Source of the DNA: an uncultured archaeon
Lineage (GTDB): Archaea > Iainarchaeota > Iainarchaeia > Iainarchaeales > 0-14-0-20-30-16
Direction: 5' to 3'
Assembly: GCA_964480435.1 (NCBI GenBank)
Contig: CAYZSS010000004.1
Location: 13,839-45,838 of the forward strand
Length of the DNA stretch: 32,000 nt
Made by a program: the position numbers and the translations under genes. The notes below the pieces were generated by a model that did not search any database, had not been told where the DNA came from, and worked only from the letters and a program-made list of their open reading frames with translations. Below, piece after piece: positions 8,441-18,200 of the stretch; the stretch's first letter is position 1; every line of letters starts with the position of its first letter.

Positions 8441-9151
8441 CTATGCCTCCTTAAAATATTTTTTTGTATTTCCATCAAAAGTTATTTGTCCATCTTTAAG
8501 ATGTATTGTTCTGTTTGTCCATTTTGCGATTTCTTTTTCGTGTGTTACTATAATAACTGTTTTTTTGTGTTTTTTGTTTAAGTCTGTTAATAATGCAATT
8601 ATTTCTTGGCTAGATTTGCTGTCAAGATTTCCTGTTGGCTCGTCTGCGAAAATAATCTGTGGATCTGAAACTAATGCTCTTGCAATTGCAACTCTTTGTC
8701 TTTCCCCCCCTGATAATTCTTTTGGCTTGTGTTTATATCTGTGATTTAATCCTACTTTTGAAATTATGTCCTTTACTTTGTTATTAATTTCTGCACTGTC
8801 ATATTCGTGTATTCTTAAAGGAAGGGCTATGTTTTCAAATACTGATAGAGTTGGATACAAATTAAAAGTCTGAAATACAAAGCCAATGGTTTTTCCTCTT
8901 AGACGTGATAATTTTGATTCAGATAATTTAGTAATATTCTTTCCAGCTAAAATAATGTCTCCACTGGTGGGCTTGTCTAATGCACTCATAATTGATAAAA
9001 GCGTGGATTTTCCAGATCCTGATGCTCCTACAATAGAAATAAATTCTTCTGAGTTTATTTTTAGACTTACGTTTTTAACAACAGGTATTGAACCGGCCCC
9101 AATGTTATACGTTTTTACAATGTTTTTTAATTCTAATACAGGAATATCCAT
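8441..9151 (-). CDS. ABC transporter ATP-binding protein (MacB/LolD family)
   Basis: Walker A 'GASGSGKST', Q-loop 'FVFQTFNL', signature 'LSGGERQRVAIARAL', Walker B 'IIFADEPTGNLD' and H-loop 'IIVTHE'. Confidence 0.95.
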   Translation of the reverse strand: MDIPVLELKNIVKTYNIGAGSIPVVKNVSLKINSEEFISIVGASGSGKSTLLSIMSALDKPTSGDIILAGKNITKLSESKLSRLRGKTIGFVFQTFNLYPTLSVFENIALPLRIHEYDSAEINNKVKDIISKVGLNHRYKHKPKELSGGERQRVAIARALVSDPQIIFADEPTGNLDSKSSQEIIALLTDLNKKHKKTVIIVTHEKEIAKWTNRTIHLKDGQITFDGNTKKYFKEA

Positions 9152-9172
9152 TAGTAATAAAGATGTGTAACG

Positions 9173-9180
9173 ATATATAT
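9173..9180 (-). promoter_or_regulatory. candidate TATA box for the ABC operon (leaderless)
   Basis: ATATATAT is centred about 25 nt upstream of the ATG at 9151. No SD is present. Confidence 0.35.
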
Positions 9181-9196
9181 GCGTTATTGTAACTAT

Positions 9197-9213
9197 GTTT
9201 CATAATGTGAAAC
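9197..9213. promoter_or_regulatory. palindrome GTTTCA-N5-TGAAAC, candidate operator
   Basis: Perfect 6-bp inverted arms lie in the divergent intergenic region. They are flanked by a 9-nt direct repeat, TTATTGTAA, at 9184-9192 and 9225-9233. Confidence 0.35.
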
Positions 9214-9245
9214 TGTGCCTTTGTTTATTGTAATTCTCAAATTAG

Positions 9246-9253
9246 TTTATAAA
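9246..9253 (+). promoter_or_regulatory. candidate TATA box for the wHTH regulator gene (leaderless)
   Basis: TTTATAAA is centred 26-27 nt upstream of ATG 9276. Confidence 0.4.
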
Positions 9254-9275
9254 TTTGTCTAACTTATATGTGCTT

Positions 9276-9809
9276 ATGGATTTGATAAAAAATAAAATGT
9301 TTATTACAGTAATAGTAATAGTTGTTGCCTTTTTATTTCTTATATTTTTGTATGGAATGTATCAGGATGTAAACAAAATAACTGCTACGATGGACAATAA
9401 TGATATAAATAAACCTGCAAATTTTAATCCACCTCCGGACCGTGGTTTTTTTAACCTTAGATTTCTATTTTTTCCAATCATGGGTTTTTTAGGAATGGTT
9501 GGGGGGTCGTTGTTATATTATTTTATGGCCCAAAGACTAGGGAAAAATAAACAGTTACAAAAAAAGAATGTAAATAGGTTGCTGAATTTACTAAGTAAAG
9601 AAGAACGGTTAGTTTTAGAAAAACTTATTGCCTCTCATGGTTCAGCATATCAATATGAATTATCCAGAATGCCAGGTGTAAATAAAGTAAAAATGCACAG
9701 GGTGTTAAATAATTTAGAAGCAAAAGAAATAATAAAAAAAGAAAATTATGGGAAGATAAACAAGATTGTTTTAGATAAGGATATTTATTCTTTATTTATT
9801 GAGCAATAG
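9276..9809 (+). CDS. membrane-tethered winged-helix transcriptional regulator (COG2512-like)
   Basis: Two TM segments ('FITVIVIVVAFLFLIFLYG', 'FFPIMGFLGMVGGSLLYYF') precede a MarR-like wHTH, 'LSKEERLVLEKLIASHGSAYQYELSRMPGVNKVKMHRVLNNLEAKEIIKK'. The ORF track starts at TTG 9255; ATG 9276 fits the TATA spacing. Confidence 0.7.
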   Translation: MDLIKNKMFITVIVIVVAFLFLIFLYGMYQDVNKITATMDNNDINKPANFNPPPDRGFFNLRFLFFPIMGFLGMVGGSLLYYFMAQRLGKNKQLQKKNVNRLLNLLSKEERLVLEKLIASHGSAYQYELSRMPGVNKVKMHRVLNNLEAKEIIKKENYGKINKIVLDKDIYSLFIEQ

Positions 9810-9818
9810 AAAAATTAT

Positions 9819-9841
9819 AGGCAGATATTTAAATTCTGCCT
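9819..9841 (+). promoter_or_regulatory. 7-bp inverted repeat (AGGCAGA-N9-TCTGCCT) bracketing the predicted mgtE TATA box; could also act as a terminator hairpin for the upstream gene
   Basis: The arms are perfect complements. The loop TATTTAAAT is TATA-like and centred about 25 nt upstream of ATG 9855. A T-rich tail, TTCTATTTCTTT, follows. Confidence 0.4.
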
Positions 9842-9854
9842 TTCTATTTCTTTA

Positions 9855-11102
9855 ATGCAGATTAGTTACAATAATTACATTGACAAGATTATCAATAGTA
9901 GAACTAACTGTGCTGAATTTATGAAAGTTCCTGTTAATATTCAGGCACGCGTATTTTTGTTTTTACCACAACACATTCAAAAAAATATTTTACAAAACAT
10001 ATCAGAAATTCATTTGTTAAAACTTCTTAAATACCCCGCTCCTGATGATGTGACTGACATAATACAGAAACTGTCTTATTTTAAAAGAAAGAAAATATTG
10101 GATAAACTAGAAACTGAACTAAGAGAAAAAGTATCTTATTTACTAAAATACCCTGAGGATACTGCAGCAGGAATGATGGATTTAAACTATGTTTTGGCAT
10201 CAGTGGATTTAAAGTTTAAGGACCTGGCAAATATTGTTGAAAAACACAAAAATAAAACAGGAAAAGACCCGGTTGTTTTGGTTGAAGAAAATGGTGTTCT
10301 GCTTGGGGAATTATCTGCCACATCTTTTATTTTGAATTCTCCTAGTAAAGAAATAAAAAACAATATTACCAAAATTCCTGTTGTAAAATATAATGAAAAA
10401 CATTCAAAAGTTTTTAAATTATTTGAACATAATAAAAATAACAAAATTGTTGTTTTAGATAGCGACAATTCTATAATGGGTATAATTTATGCACACGATA
10501 TTTATAAGTTAGTAAAAAAACAAAGAACAAAGGACATGTATGACTTTGCAGGACTAAAACAAGAAGAAGATATTTTTGATAGTTTTTATCTAAAATTTAA
10601 AAATAGGTGCTTTTGGTTAGTTATAAATCTTTTTACAGCATTTCTTGCATCTCTGGTTGTAGCAATATTTAGAGATGTAATTTCAGCAGTAGTGATGCTT
10701 GCAGCATATATGCCTATTGTTGCTGGTATGGGTGGTAATGCAGGCACCCAGACCCTGGCAGTAACTGTAAGGGGATTAGCCCTGCATAATTTAAAAACTA
10801 AGGCGCTTTCAAGAATTTATTTTAATGAATTAGTGTCTGCTTTTTTAATTGGGCTAGTAGTAGGGGCATTTGCAATTGTTTTGGCATATGTCTTGAATGC
10901 GAGTTTAATTTTTGGAGTAATTGTAGCAGTATCTGTGTTGGCTAATTTATTAGTAGCAGCAACGGTTGGATTTTTTATCCCTGTGCTTTTGAAAAAATTA
11001 GGGAAAGATCCTGCAACATCATCAAGTATTTTTATTACTACTTTTACTGATGTTCTTGGATTCTTTGTATTCTTGGGCTTGGCCACTTTAATTTTCTTGT
11101 GA
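9855..11102 (+). CDS. mgtE: magnesium transporter MgtE
   Basis: N-terminal MgtE_N-like helical region, a CBS pair region, and a TM domain with 'PIVAGMGGNAGTQTLAVTVRGLAL' and 'DPATSSSIFITTFTDVLGFFVFLGLA'. Confidence 0.9.
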   Translation: MQISYNNYIDKIINSRTNCAEFMKVPVNIQARVFLFLPQHIQKNILQNISEIHLLKLLKYPAPDDVTDIIQKLSYFKRKKILDKLETELREKVSYLLKYPEDTAAGMMDLNYVLASVDLKFKDLANIVEKHKNKTGKDPVVLVEENGVLLGELSATSFILNSPSKEIKNNITKIPVVKYNEKHSKVFKLFEHNKNNKIVVLDSDNSIMGIIYAHDIYKLVKKQRTKDMYDFAGLKQEEDIFDSFYLKFKNRCFWLVINLFTAFLASLVVAIFRDVISAVVMLAAYMPIVAGMGGNAGTQTLAVTVRGLALHNLKTKALSRIYFNELVSAFLIGLVVGAFAIVLAYVLNASLIFGVIVAVSVLANLLVAATVGFFIPVLLKKLGKDPATSSSIFITTFTDVLGFFVFLGLATLIFL

Positions 11103-12143
11103 TTGTGGCATAGTAATATTTTGTGAATTATTTAGGTATCCACCCTTTCTAAATACTAGGTATCCCAAAATTAATACTATTGCAAATATTAATCCAATAG
11201 TAACTGCTCTATTTTCTAAACTAAACAAAGCAGTAGATTTGCCTAGTATCCCACTTAAACTATTTGTCATTGTGGCAGCTAAATTTGTATCTGTGTTGTC
11301 ACTTGTATTGTTTGCTAAATTAGTCTGTTCTGGTATTATTACTACTGGTTTTTGGAAAGCAAAATATTCTGCTCCCAATTCAAACTTTTTATTTGTGTGG
11401 GTATCAACTAAAATAAAATTAAAAGTAGTGTCTACGCAGTTGCTGTTATTATCATAATTTGCATAAAAATCTAACTTGTATTCGAAAGTAGGTGCTAGGT
11501 TTACATAGGAGTAATCATCTGTGATGTAAAAACAATTACTGTCTCCTTCAAAAATAGGAACAAAATCTGAGTTTCCACCAGTATTTGCTACGATTACTGA
11601 AAATTGTTCTTTTACATTATTTGGGCCCAATGCAACAACACTGTTTTCCCAATTTATTACTACTGGGTTTGGAGCTGAGTTGTAGTAGTTTGATTTAATA
11701 TCATAATTGTCTTTATCATTTGCCTTTATTGTAATTGTTGCAGTTTCTGATTTTGAAGTAAACTGGTTCTTAGCAAGAACATTAATTTCTAGTTTATATT
11801 CTTTATTTTCTAGGTCTTCAGGAACTGCTATGTTAATTACCTTATAATGTGAATACTTGGTTGTAATTGTTTGAGGATTTGTAACAACTGTAAAAGGGCT
11901 ATTAAAAGAATAAATAAATTCAACATCTGTTGTAGTTTTTAAATCAATATAAAGCTTAATTATAGCTGTGGACCCTTTTTCTAGGCTTAAATATGTTTGC
12001 TCTGGGGTTACACTAAAGCTGAAATCTTTTGCTTCTTGGGCAAGCTTTTTGTCCATGTCATAGGTAGTGTATGGGAAAACCAAACTGCCTAATAAAAATA
12101 CCCCGAATAAAATACCCATAATAAAAGCTAGTTTCTTAACCAT
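11088..12143 (-). CDS. hypothetical secreted beta-rich protein with N-terminal signal/anchor and C-terminal TM segment
   Basis: 351 aa. N-terminal 'LAFIMGILFGVFLLGSLVF', an Asn/Thr-rich beta-strand-like body, and C-terminal 'VTIGLIFAIVLILGYLVF' followed by 'RKGG'. It is divergent from the giant gene, and its 3' end overlaps mgtE by 15 nt. Confidence 0.6.
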   Translation of the reverse strand: MVKKLAFIMGILFGVFLLGSLVFPYTTYDMDKKLAQEAKDFSFSVTPEQTYLSLEKGSTAIIKLYIDLKTTTDVEFIYSFNSPFTVVTNPQTITTKYSHYKVINIAVPEDLENKEYKLEINVLAKNQFTSKSETATITIKANDKDNYDIKSNYYNSAPNPVVINWENSVVALGPNNVKEQFSVIVANTGGNSDFVPIFEGDSNCFYITDDYSYVNLAPTFEYKLDFYANYDNNSNCVDTTFNFILVDTHTNKKFELGAEYFAFQKPVVIIPEQTNLANNTSDNTDTNLAATMTNSLSGILGKSTALFSLENRAVTIGLIFAIVLILGYLVFRKGGYLNNSQNITMPQSQEN

Positions 12144-12165
12144 ATTAATTACTTAACTCACTAAG

Positions 12166-12173
12166 TATATAAA
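12166..12173 (-). promoter_or_regulatory. candidate TATA box (TTTATATA on - strand) for the 351-aa surface protein gene (leaderless)
   Basis: A perfect TTTAWATA consensus is centred 26-27 nt upstream of the ATG at 12143. Confidence 0.4.
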
Positions 12174-12270
12174 CATATCTTTTTACTTAGCTGTAGAAAA
12201 CCATTTATATAAATATCCTTTTTATTTTATACGTACTTAATATATATAAGATTTAATCACTTGGCTAGGG

Positions 12271-15200
12271 ATGACTATGGGTTTAGGCGAATTTTTTGGG
12301 AAAATAAATGAAAAAATGAATTCTGGTTATAACAAAATTGTGGAATTTTTGGATGCAAAAGGGATTCCTGCCCAAAAATATACTGATTTTTTGGAAGAAA
12401 AAGGTATACCTGCTATGTGGTTTACCTTGCTGATGATCCTGGTAATAATTTCTGTGATTGTCTTGTTGGTTACAATAATTTTTACCCCTAGTACAAACCT
12501 AACAATTAGTATTATGACTAATGATGGTTTTTCCCCTGATTCTGTATTTTTAAATATTACTAAAGTGGCAGATGGGCAAGTAATAATTTCTGAGCAAGTT
12601 AAAGATGGTACTGAAATAAAAATAAAAGGTGTTGGTGTTGGAGATTCATTATATTTTTCAGGTACTTTAGAAGGTTATTCTTATGACTCCCCAAACAATG
12701 TATCGATTTCTGAAAAAAACTTAACTGTAACTTTGATATTTAATAAAGAAGAACAAACTGGGAGTGTTAGTTTTAAAGTAATAAATAAAGAAGAACAAAC
12801 AAGTGTAGCGAATGCTTTGATTTCGTTTTCTGATTCTGGGGATACATTGTCTTCTGGCCCCACTGATGAGTATGGTGCCTTTAAATTAATTTTACCTATG
12901 AAAAAAATAAATGTTACTGTTGATAAAGATGGTTATGAGCCTTATAGTAAAACAATAGACCTGCTAGAGGGAAATGATTATATTATTGAATTAGTTCCTA
13001 AGGAATTTGACCCTAATGCTGAAGGAAATTTTAAGTTTATTGTAAAAGATACATCGCTTAATTCTCTGAATAATGTAAGTATTGATGTTTATAATCTAAA
13101 GACTAATTCAAAAATTGGAACTGCGTTAACAAATACAGATGGTATAGGGATATTCAATACAAAAAAAGGAACTTCTATAAGATTTGTTGCAAAAAAAGAA
13201 GGTTATGAAACATTTGATTCAAATATTGAAGGTATTTCCCGAACTTTAGTTACTGATGAAGAACTAATATCTCTATCTATGTTTGCTGGTGGTAGTAAGC
13301 TAAAAGTAATAGTAAAAGATGAGTTAGGAGTTACTTTAGATAATGTTTATGTTGCTCTTTACACTTCCATGCTTTTGGAGCAAATGCAGGAAACAACGGA
13401 TATAGGTGGCGTGGCAGAATTTTCTGGGTTGGACTATACAATCTTAAAATATGCTTCTGTTTACAAAGAAGGTTATTACCCCCAAACACAAACAATTGAT
13501 GGATCTGGAGAAATAACTTTCACTCTTGAAAAAGTAGATTTGTCAAAAGCTGCTATTGTTGATGTGTTTTGTGTTGATTCTGATAAAAAACCAGTAGGAG
13601 ATGCATTTTTGGAACTTAGTTATGATGAAAATTCAGAATTATTTCCTTTAGCATATCCTAATCCAACAACATCAGTAACTGGTTATTTTACATTTAATTT
13701 TAAACCTGATGTTGTTTTGTATGCTTCTGCAAGTACTGAAGAAGGTTATGGATCTGCATCATTATTACTAAAACAAGGAAGAAATAGATTAGATATTTCT
13801 ATGACAAAAACCGGAAGTAAATTTACTATGTATCTTTATGATAAAGATGGAAATCCACTATCAAATGCTCATGTAATGCTTTTTGATAAACAAGGAAATT
13901 TAGTTTTTGATGGTTATACAGATGCAACTGGGAAAATAGAGGCTGATGCATTAGGAAATAAAGAACTTGATATGTATGTCACTGATGAGAATGGAAACAA
14001 TTATTCAATGACAATAAATCCAAAAGATAAAATGCAAATAAAATTAGATGCAGCAAAAAATACTGATAATTTATTTGTGGCTTTATCAAAAGTGACTGAT
14101 TTGGAAGGCAATGAAGTTTCTGCTTTGCAAAAAGGAAAAACATATTTTTTATTATTTAATATTTTTTGGCCTGCTGGATTTTATAATGGTGGGCTCCATG
14201 TAAGAGTTGGAAAAGATAGCGATAAATTTGCTGCATCTCAAGATGTTGGGATTATTGGCTATGATGGTATTGCAGATAGTGTAAAATACGGGATAATGTT
14301 CTCTCCTCTGCCATTGCCTGGAGATTATTCTACAGATTACTACTCTACTGGTAGTGCTGGGCAATTTAATAAATGGATGGAGTTGTATTTTTCTGCGCCT
14401 AGTGGAAATAGTACTGTAAAAGTAAGAATAAAATCAAAAGCAAATACTGACATAAATTCTTTTGAAGTAAGATATAGGGCTTGGACTGATGAAGCCGGGA
14501 CAATAAGCAGAATGCCTGTTGATAATATTTTGGGGCAAGAAGAAAATACAAAAACAAAATATGGTTTATATGCTGATGCTTATATGAAAGAAATTAGCTT
14601 AATGTCAGGTTCTTTAAACTGCCAATATGATGTTTGTGTATCGTATAAAATAATTGATGATCAATACACATACGACATTGCAAAATTTAATTCGGTTTTA
14701 GATTATTATTATGCTTTAGATGTGGAATTAACCTCAACTTCAGAACAAAATTTATCTTTGTCTGTTCAAACAGAAGACAATCCAAAATTATATTTGAATA
14801 ACGTGGATATGGATGCAACAACTTTTAATCCCGGAACAGAAAATAATACAAAACTTAATACCTCTTTTGACTTGGGGGCAATGGAAAATAAAACAATAAG
14901 AGTTTACTTTAATCCTTTTAAAGAAGGGCTTACAAAAATTGATGTGAAAACTATAACTCCAAAAGGAGTAATTGAGAAAACAATCCCAGTGAATATTTTT
15001 CCAAAGAAAGAAATGCAAGTAATATTAAGTAGTGATTTTATTCCAACTGGCCAAGATTTTTTTGTAATTGTAAAAGAATCAAATGGAGACTATATTCCAA
15101 ATGCACAAATTACAATTTCTGATAATAAAACAAAACAAAACAAAATGTTTATTGAGGGTACCGGCCAAATAGATTTAGGAAAAGAAGGAAAATACACAAT

Positions 15201-18200
15201 AAAAAATAGCCTAGATAGCGCATTTTATTTGATGTCAGTAAGTGCCCCAGGTTATTTACCAAAAGAAATGGAGTTTTTAGTTGGAAATGTTGGTGCTTTA
15301 TTTGTAAAAGGAGAAAATGAAATAATTGTTCCAAAAACTGCTAAACAGGCAACAATAAAAATACCTGTGCAAAATAAATCAAAGCTTCCAATAGACTCGA
15401 TGCAAATTAATGTTATAAGTTCTACTTTATCAACTAATTTTGCTTTTAATGCAAGAATGGTAACTCCGGCAATACCTGCGAATTCTTTGGCTGATATGTC
15501 TGTCTCTGTAAATTATAGCGGGGCAGAAGATATGGAAAATGGGGTTGTAGAATTAGAAATTCTTGGTGTGCAAAATAGTAAAGATATTGTAAGAGTAAGA
15601 ACAAAAGTATTTGTATATTATAATAAAGAAATAAAAAATGTAAATTGTTTGTGGGTAAGTAAAGAGTCATTAGTTTATAGTTTGCCTGCAATACAAAATG
15701 CAAAAGAAGAAGATTCTTTAGTAGTAAAAAATAACTGTGAATATGATTTGAAAGTAATGCCGTCTCTTGTTTCAGAAGACTCTGCAAATTATGGTCTGCA
15801 AATGCAAATTTTGGGGTTTGATATTAAAAAGGGTGAAGAAAAAGTAGTAAACCTTTCACTTATAAATCAAAATCCATCTGTGCAAGCAGATGAAACAAAA
15901 ATATTATCATTATATTTTGCAACAGACTATTTTACAAAAAATATCCCTGTGAGTGTAACAATTTGGAACGCATCAGGTTCATTGTCAATCTTAACTGCTG
16001 GACAGATTTTTATTTCTGCATTTAAAGAATTGCAGAGCCAATATGTGCCTGTAATTATTCAAAATGTTGGACGATTACCAATTTATAATATTCAATTGGC
16101 AGCATCTAATAATAAGTATCAAGTACAGTCTGCTCAGCAGTATCCTGATTTGATTAGTAGTTCTGTAAATTCTAATTCTTCAGGAATTACTAAAGACTAT
16201 TACGCAAATTTACAAAACGCACAAAGTCAATATAACAGTGTTTATAACAGCCCTTCAATTGGGTCTAATTTATCTGCTAGTCAAGGAATTAATTTTATAC
16301 CCGCAACAATTCAGGTTTTGGCTCCTGGGCAGTCTACTATGCTTCAAGGATATATAAATATGCCATCATCTTCAAAGCAAACAGAAATGTATTATTTGCT
16401 TAATGCTAAAGGTACAGTTCAGGGACTTAATCAACCAATAACTGCACAATCAATGTTGGTAATACATGTTTCACCTGATAAGTGTGTTACTCTGAAACAA
16501 GAAACAAAATTAACTTATATTAGTGATATACTTGGTAAGGATTTAGCAAGAACATTTACTTTGATAAATAATTGTGCTGAGCCAGTAAATATAACTGGAA
16601 TAAATGAAAGCGATTTGTTTGGAAATAAAGTTGTTTTGAGTGCACCAAATGGTAGTACAATTAATCTTGGGCAAGAAAAAGAATTTATTTTAACAATTAC
16701 TGCAAGTAAAGAAATCTCAAGAGATAATTCAGTATTTGTAAAAGCACAATTGGGGACAAGTAATGCTCCATTCAATATACCATTAATTGTTAATTTAAGG
16801 TTTGGTGGGGGAGCATCAACATCTGCTGGAGAAGCAAATGTAAGTGAAGAAAAAAGAATAAAAAATTGTACAACAAATGAAGAAGTATCTGTATTCTATC
16901 CAAGAATGTCTAATGCGGATTGTTCCACCATGGGGTATTGTGATGGGGAATCAATGTCTAAATTTTTAATTGCAAAATTAAAATTTTATCTGGATGTATA
17001 TAATAAAAAATTAGCAACAATAAATAACAAATTAATAAATACAAATTGTAAACTTGGTTCAACAGCTTGTTCATTTGAAGACTTTGGTTTAGAACCATTA
17101 GAAATGGACGTTTATTTTGCGAATGATAAACTAACGGAAGAACAAATGAAACTGGATTTTAAGAAAATGAATATGGGGCTGTTAGAAACAGCTATAACAG
17201 ACAAAGTTGTTTTAACTGATGTTACCTCTACTTGGGCAAAAAGATTGTATTTAGATAAACAATTAGACGGCTGTGGAAAATATAAAATAAGAATTACTGG
17301 TGCAGTAATGGTAATTAATAATGATTCAATACAAAGAGATAGTTACAACATGTATATCGAGGTTTTAAGTAAAGAAAAAACCCCGCAGTGTGATATTAAA
17401 GTACAAAACGCCTTGAACTTTTTGCCAAAAGATGCACAAACAAAAAAAGATAATCCTTATGGATTAAGAATAGGTTACGTTGATTATGCGTCAAGTAATT
17501 TAGAAAAAATAGCAGCAAAAGTTTCAACAAGTTTGTTTAGTGTGGATAGGTATATGAAATCAAAACCAAATACTATTTTCTTGAAAACAGATTCTGTTGC
17601 AGAAGGAAATTTAGTTGAATTTAGTATTGCAAAAACAGGAACAGATGTGGTGACTACTGTAAAAATAAATAAAAATTTGGACCTTTCAAATGTTGCAATT
17701 ATTGATGATATAGTAAAAGCAATTATGGGCTTTATAAATGGAAATTTTGATGGCTGTATGAATCTTACTTCTGATGGAGTTCCTAATTCAGCACAGGTGA
17801 AGTCCGGAACAGGTGGAATAACAGGGACTAAAAAAGATGCAAAAGAAGTATACTCAGGGGATATAAAAATAGGTGTTTGTGATAAACTGCCTCTGGGAAA
17901 AGGAAAATGGTCTTGTACTATAAATTTAGAATCACAATCTTTGGGTAGATTAAATTTGGCTTTGACTTACCCTGAAGGAACTGGGTTTGAAGCTTATATT
18001 GACTCTCCTGGCCAAAAATCAAAATCAGTGGATTTGAAAAAAAATGGCAATAAATATGAGGGTAGCTCAAAAATTACTGTTGAGATTAGTGATCCTTTCT
18101 TGGTTAATTCAGGGGCAAATAATGATAGTGTTGGTTTGTTCTACTATGCCGAAAAAGATGGTATACAAACAGACCCTATAAGAATAGGATTTGACCCAGC

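Noticed and set aside
12742-12800. 17-nt direct repeat AATAAAGAAGAACAAAC (12742-12758 and 12784-12800), encoding NKEEQT twice
   Set aside because: It is real in the sequence. It is a small in-frame duplication at the boundary between the first two beta-sandwich repeats, most simply explained by local slippage within a repeat protein. It is not a separate element.
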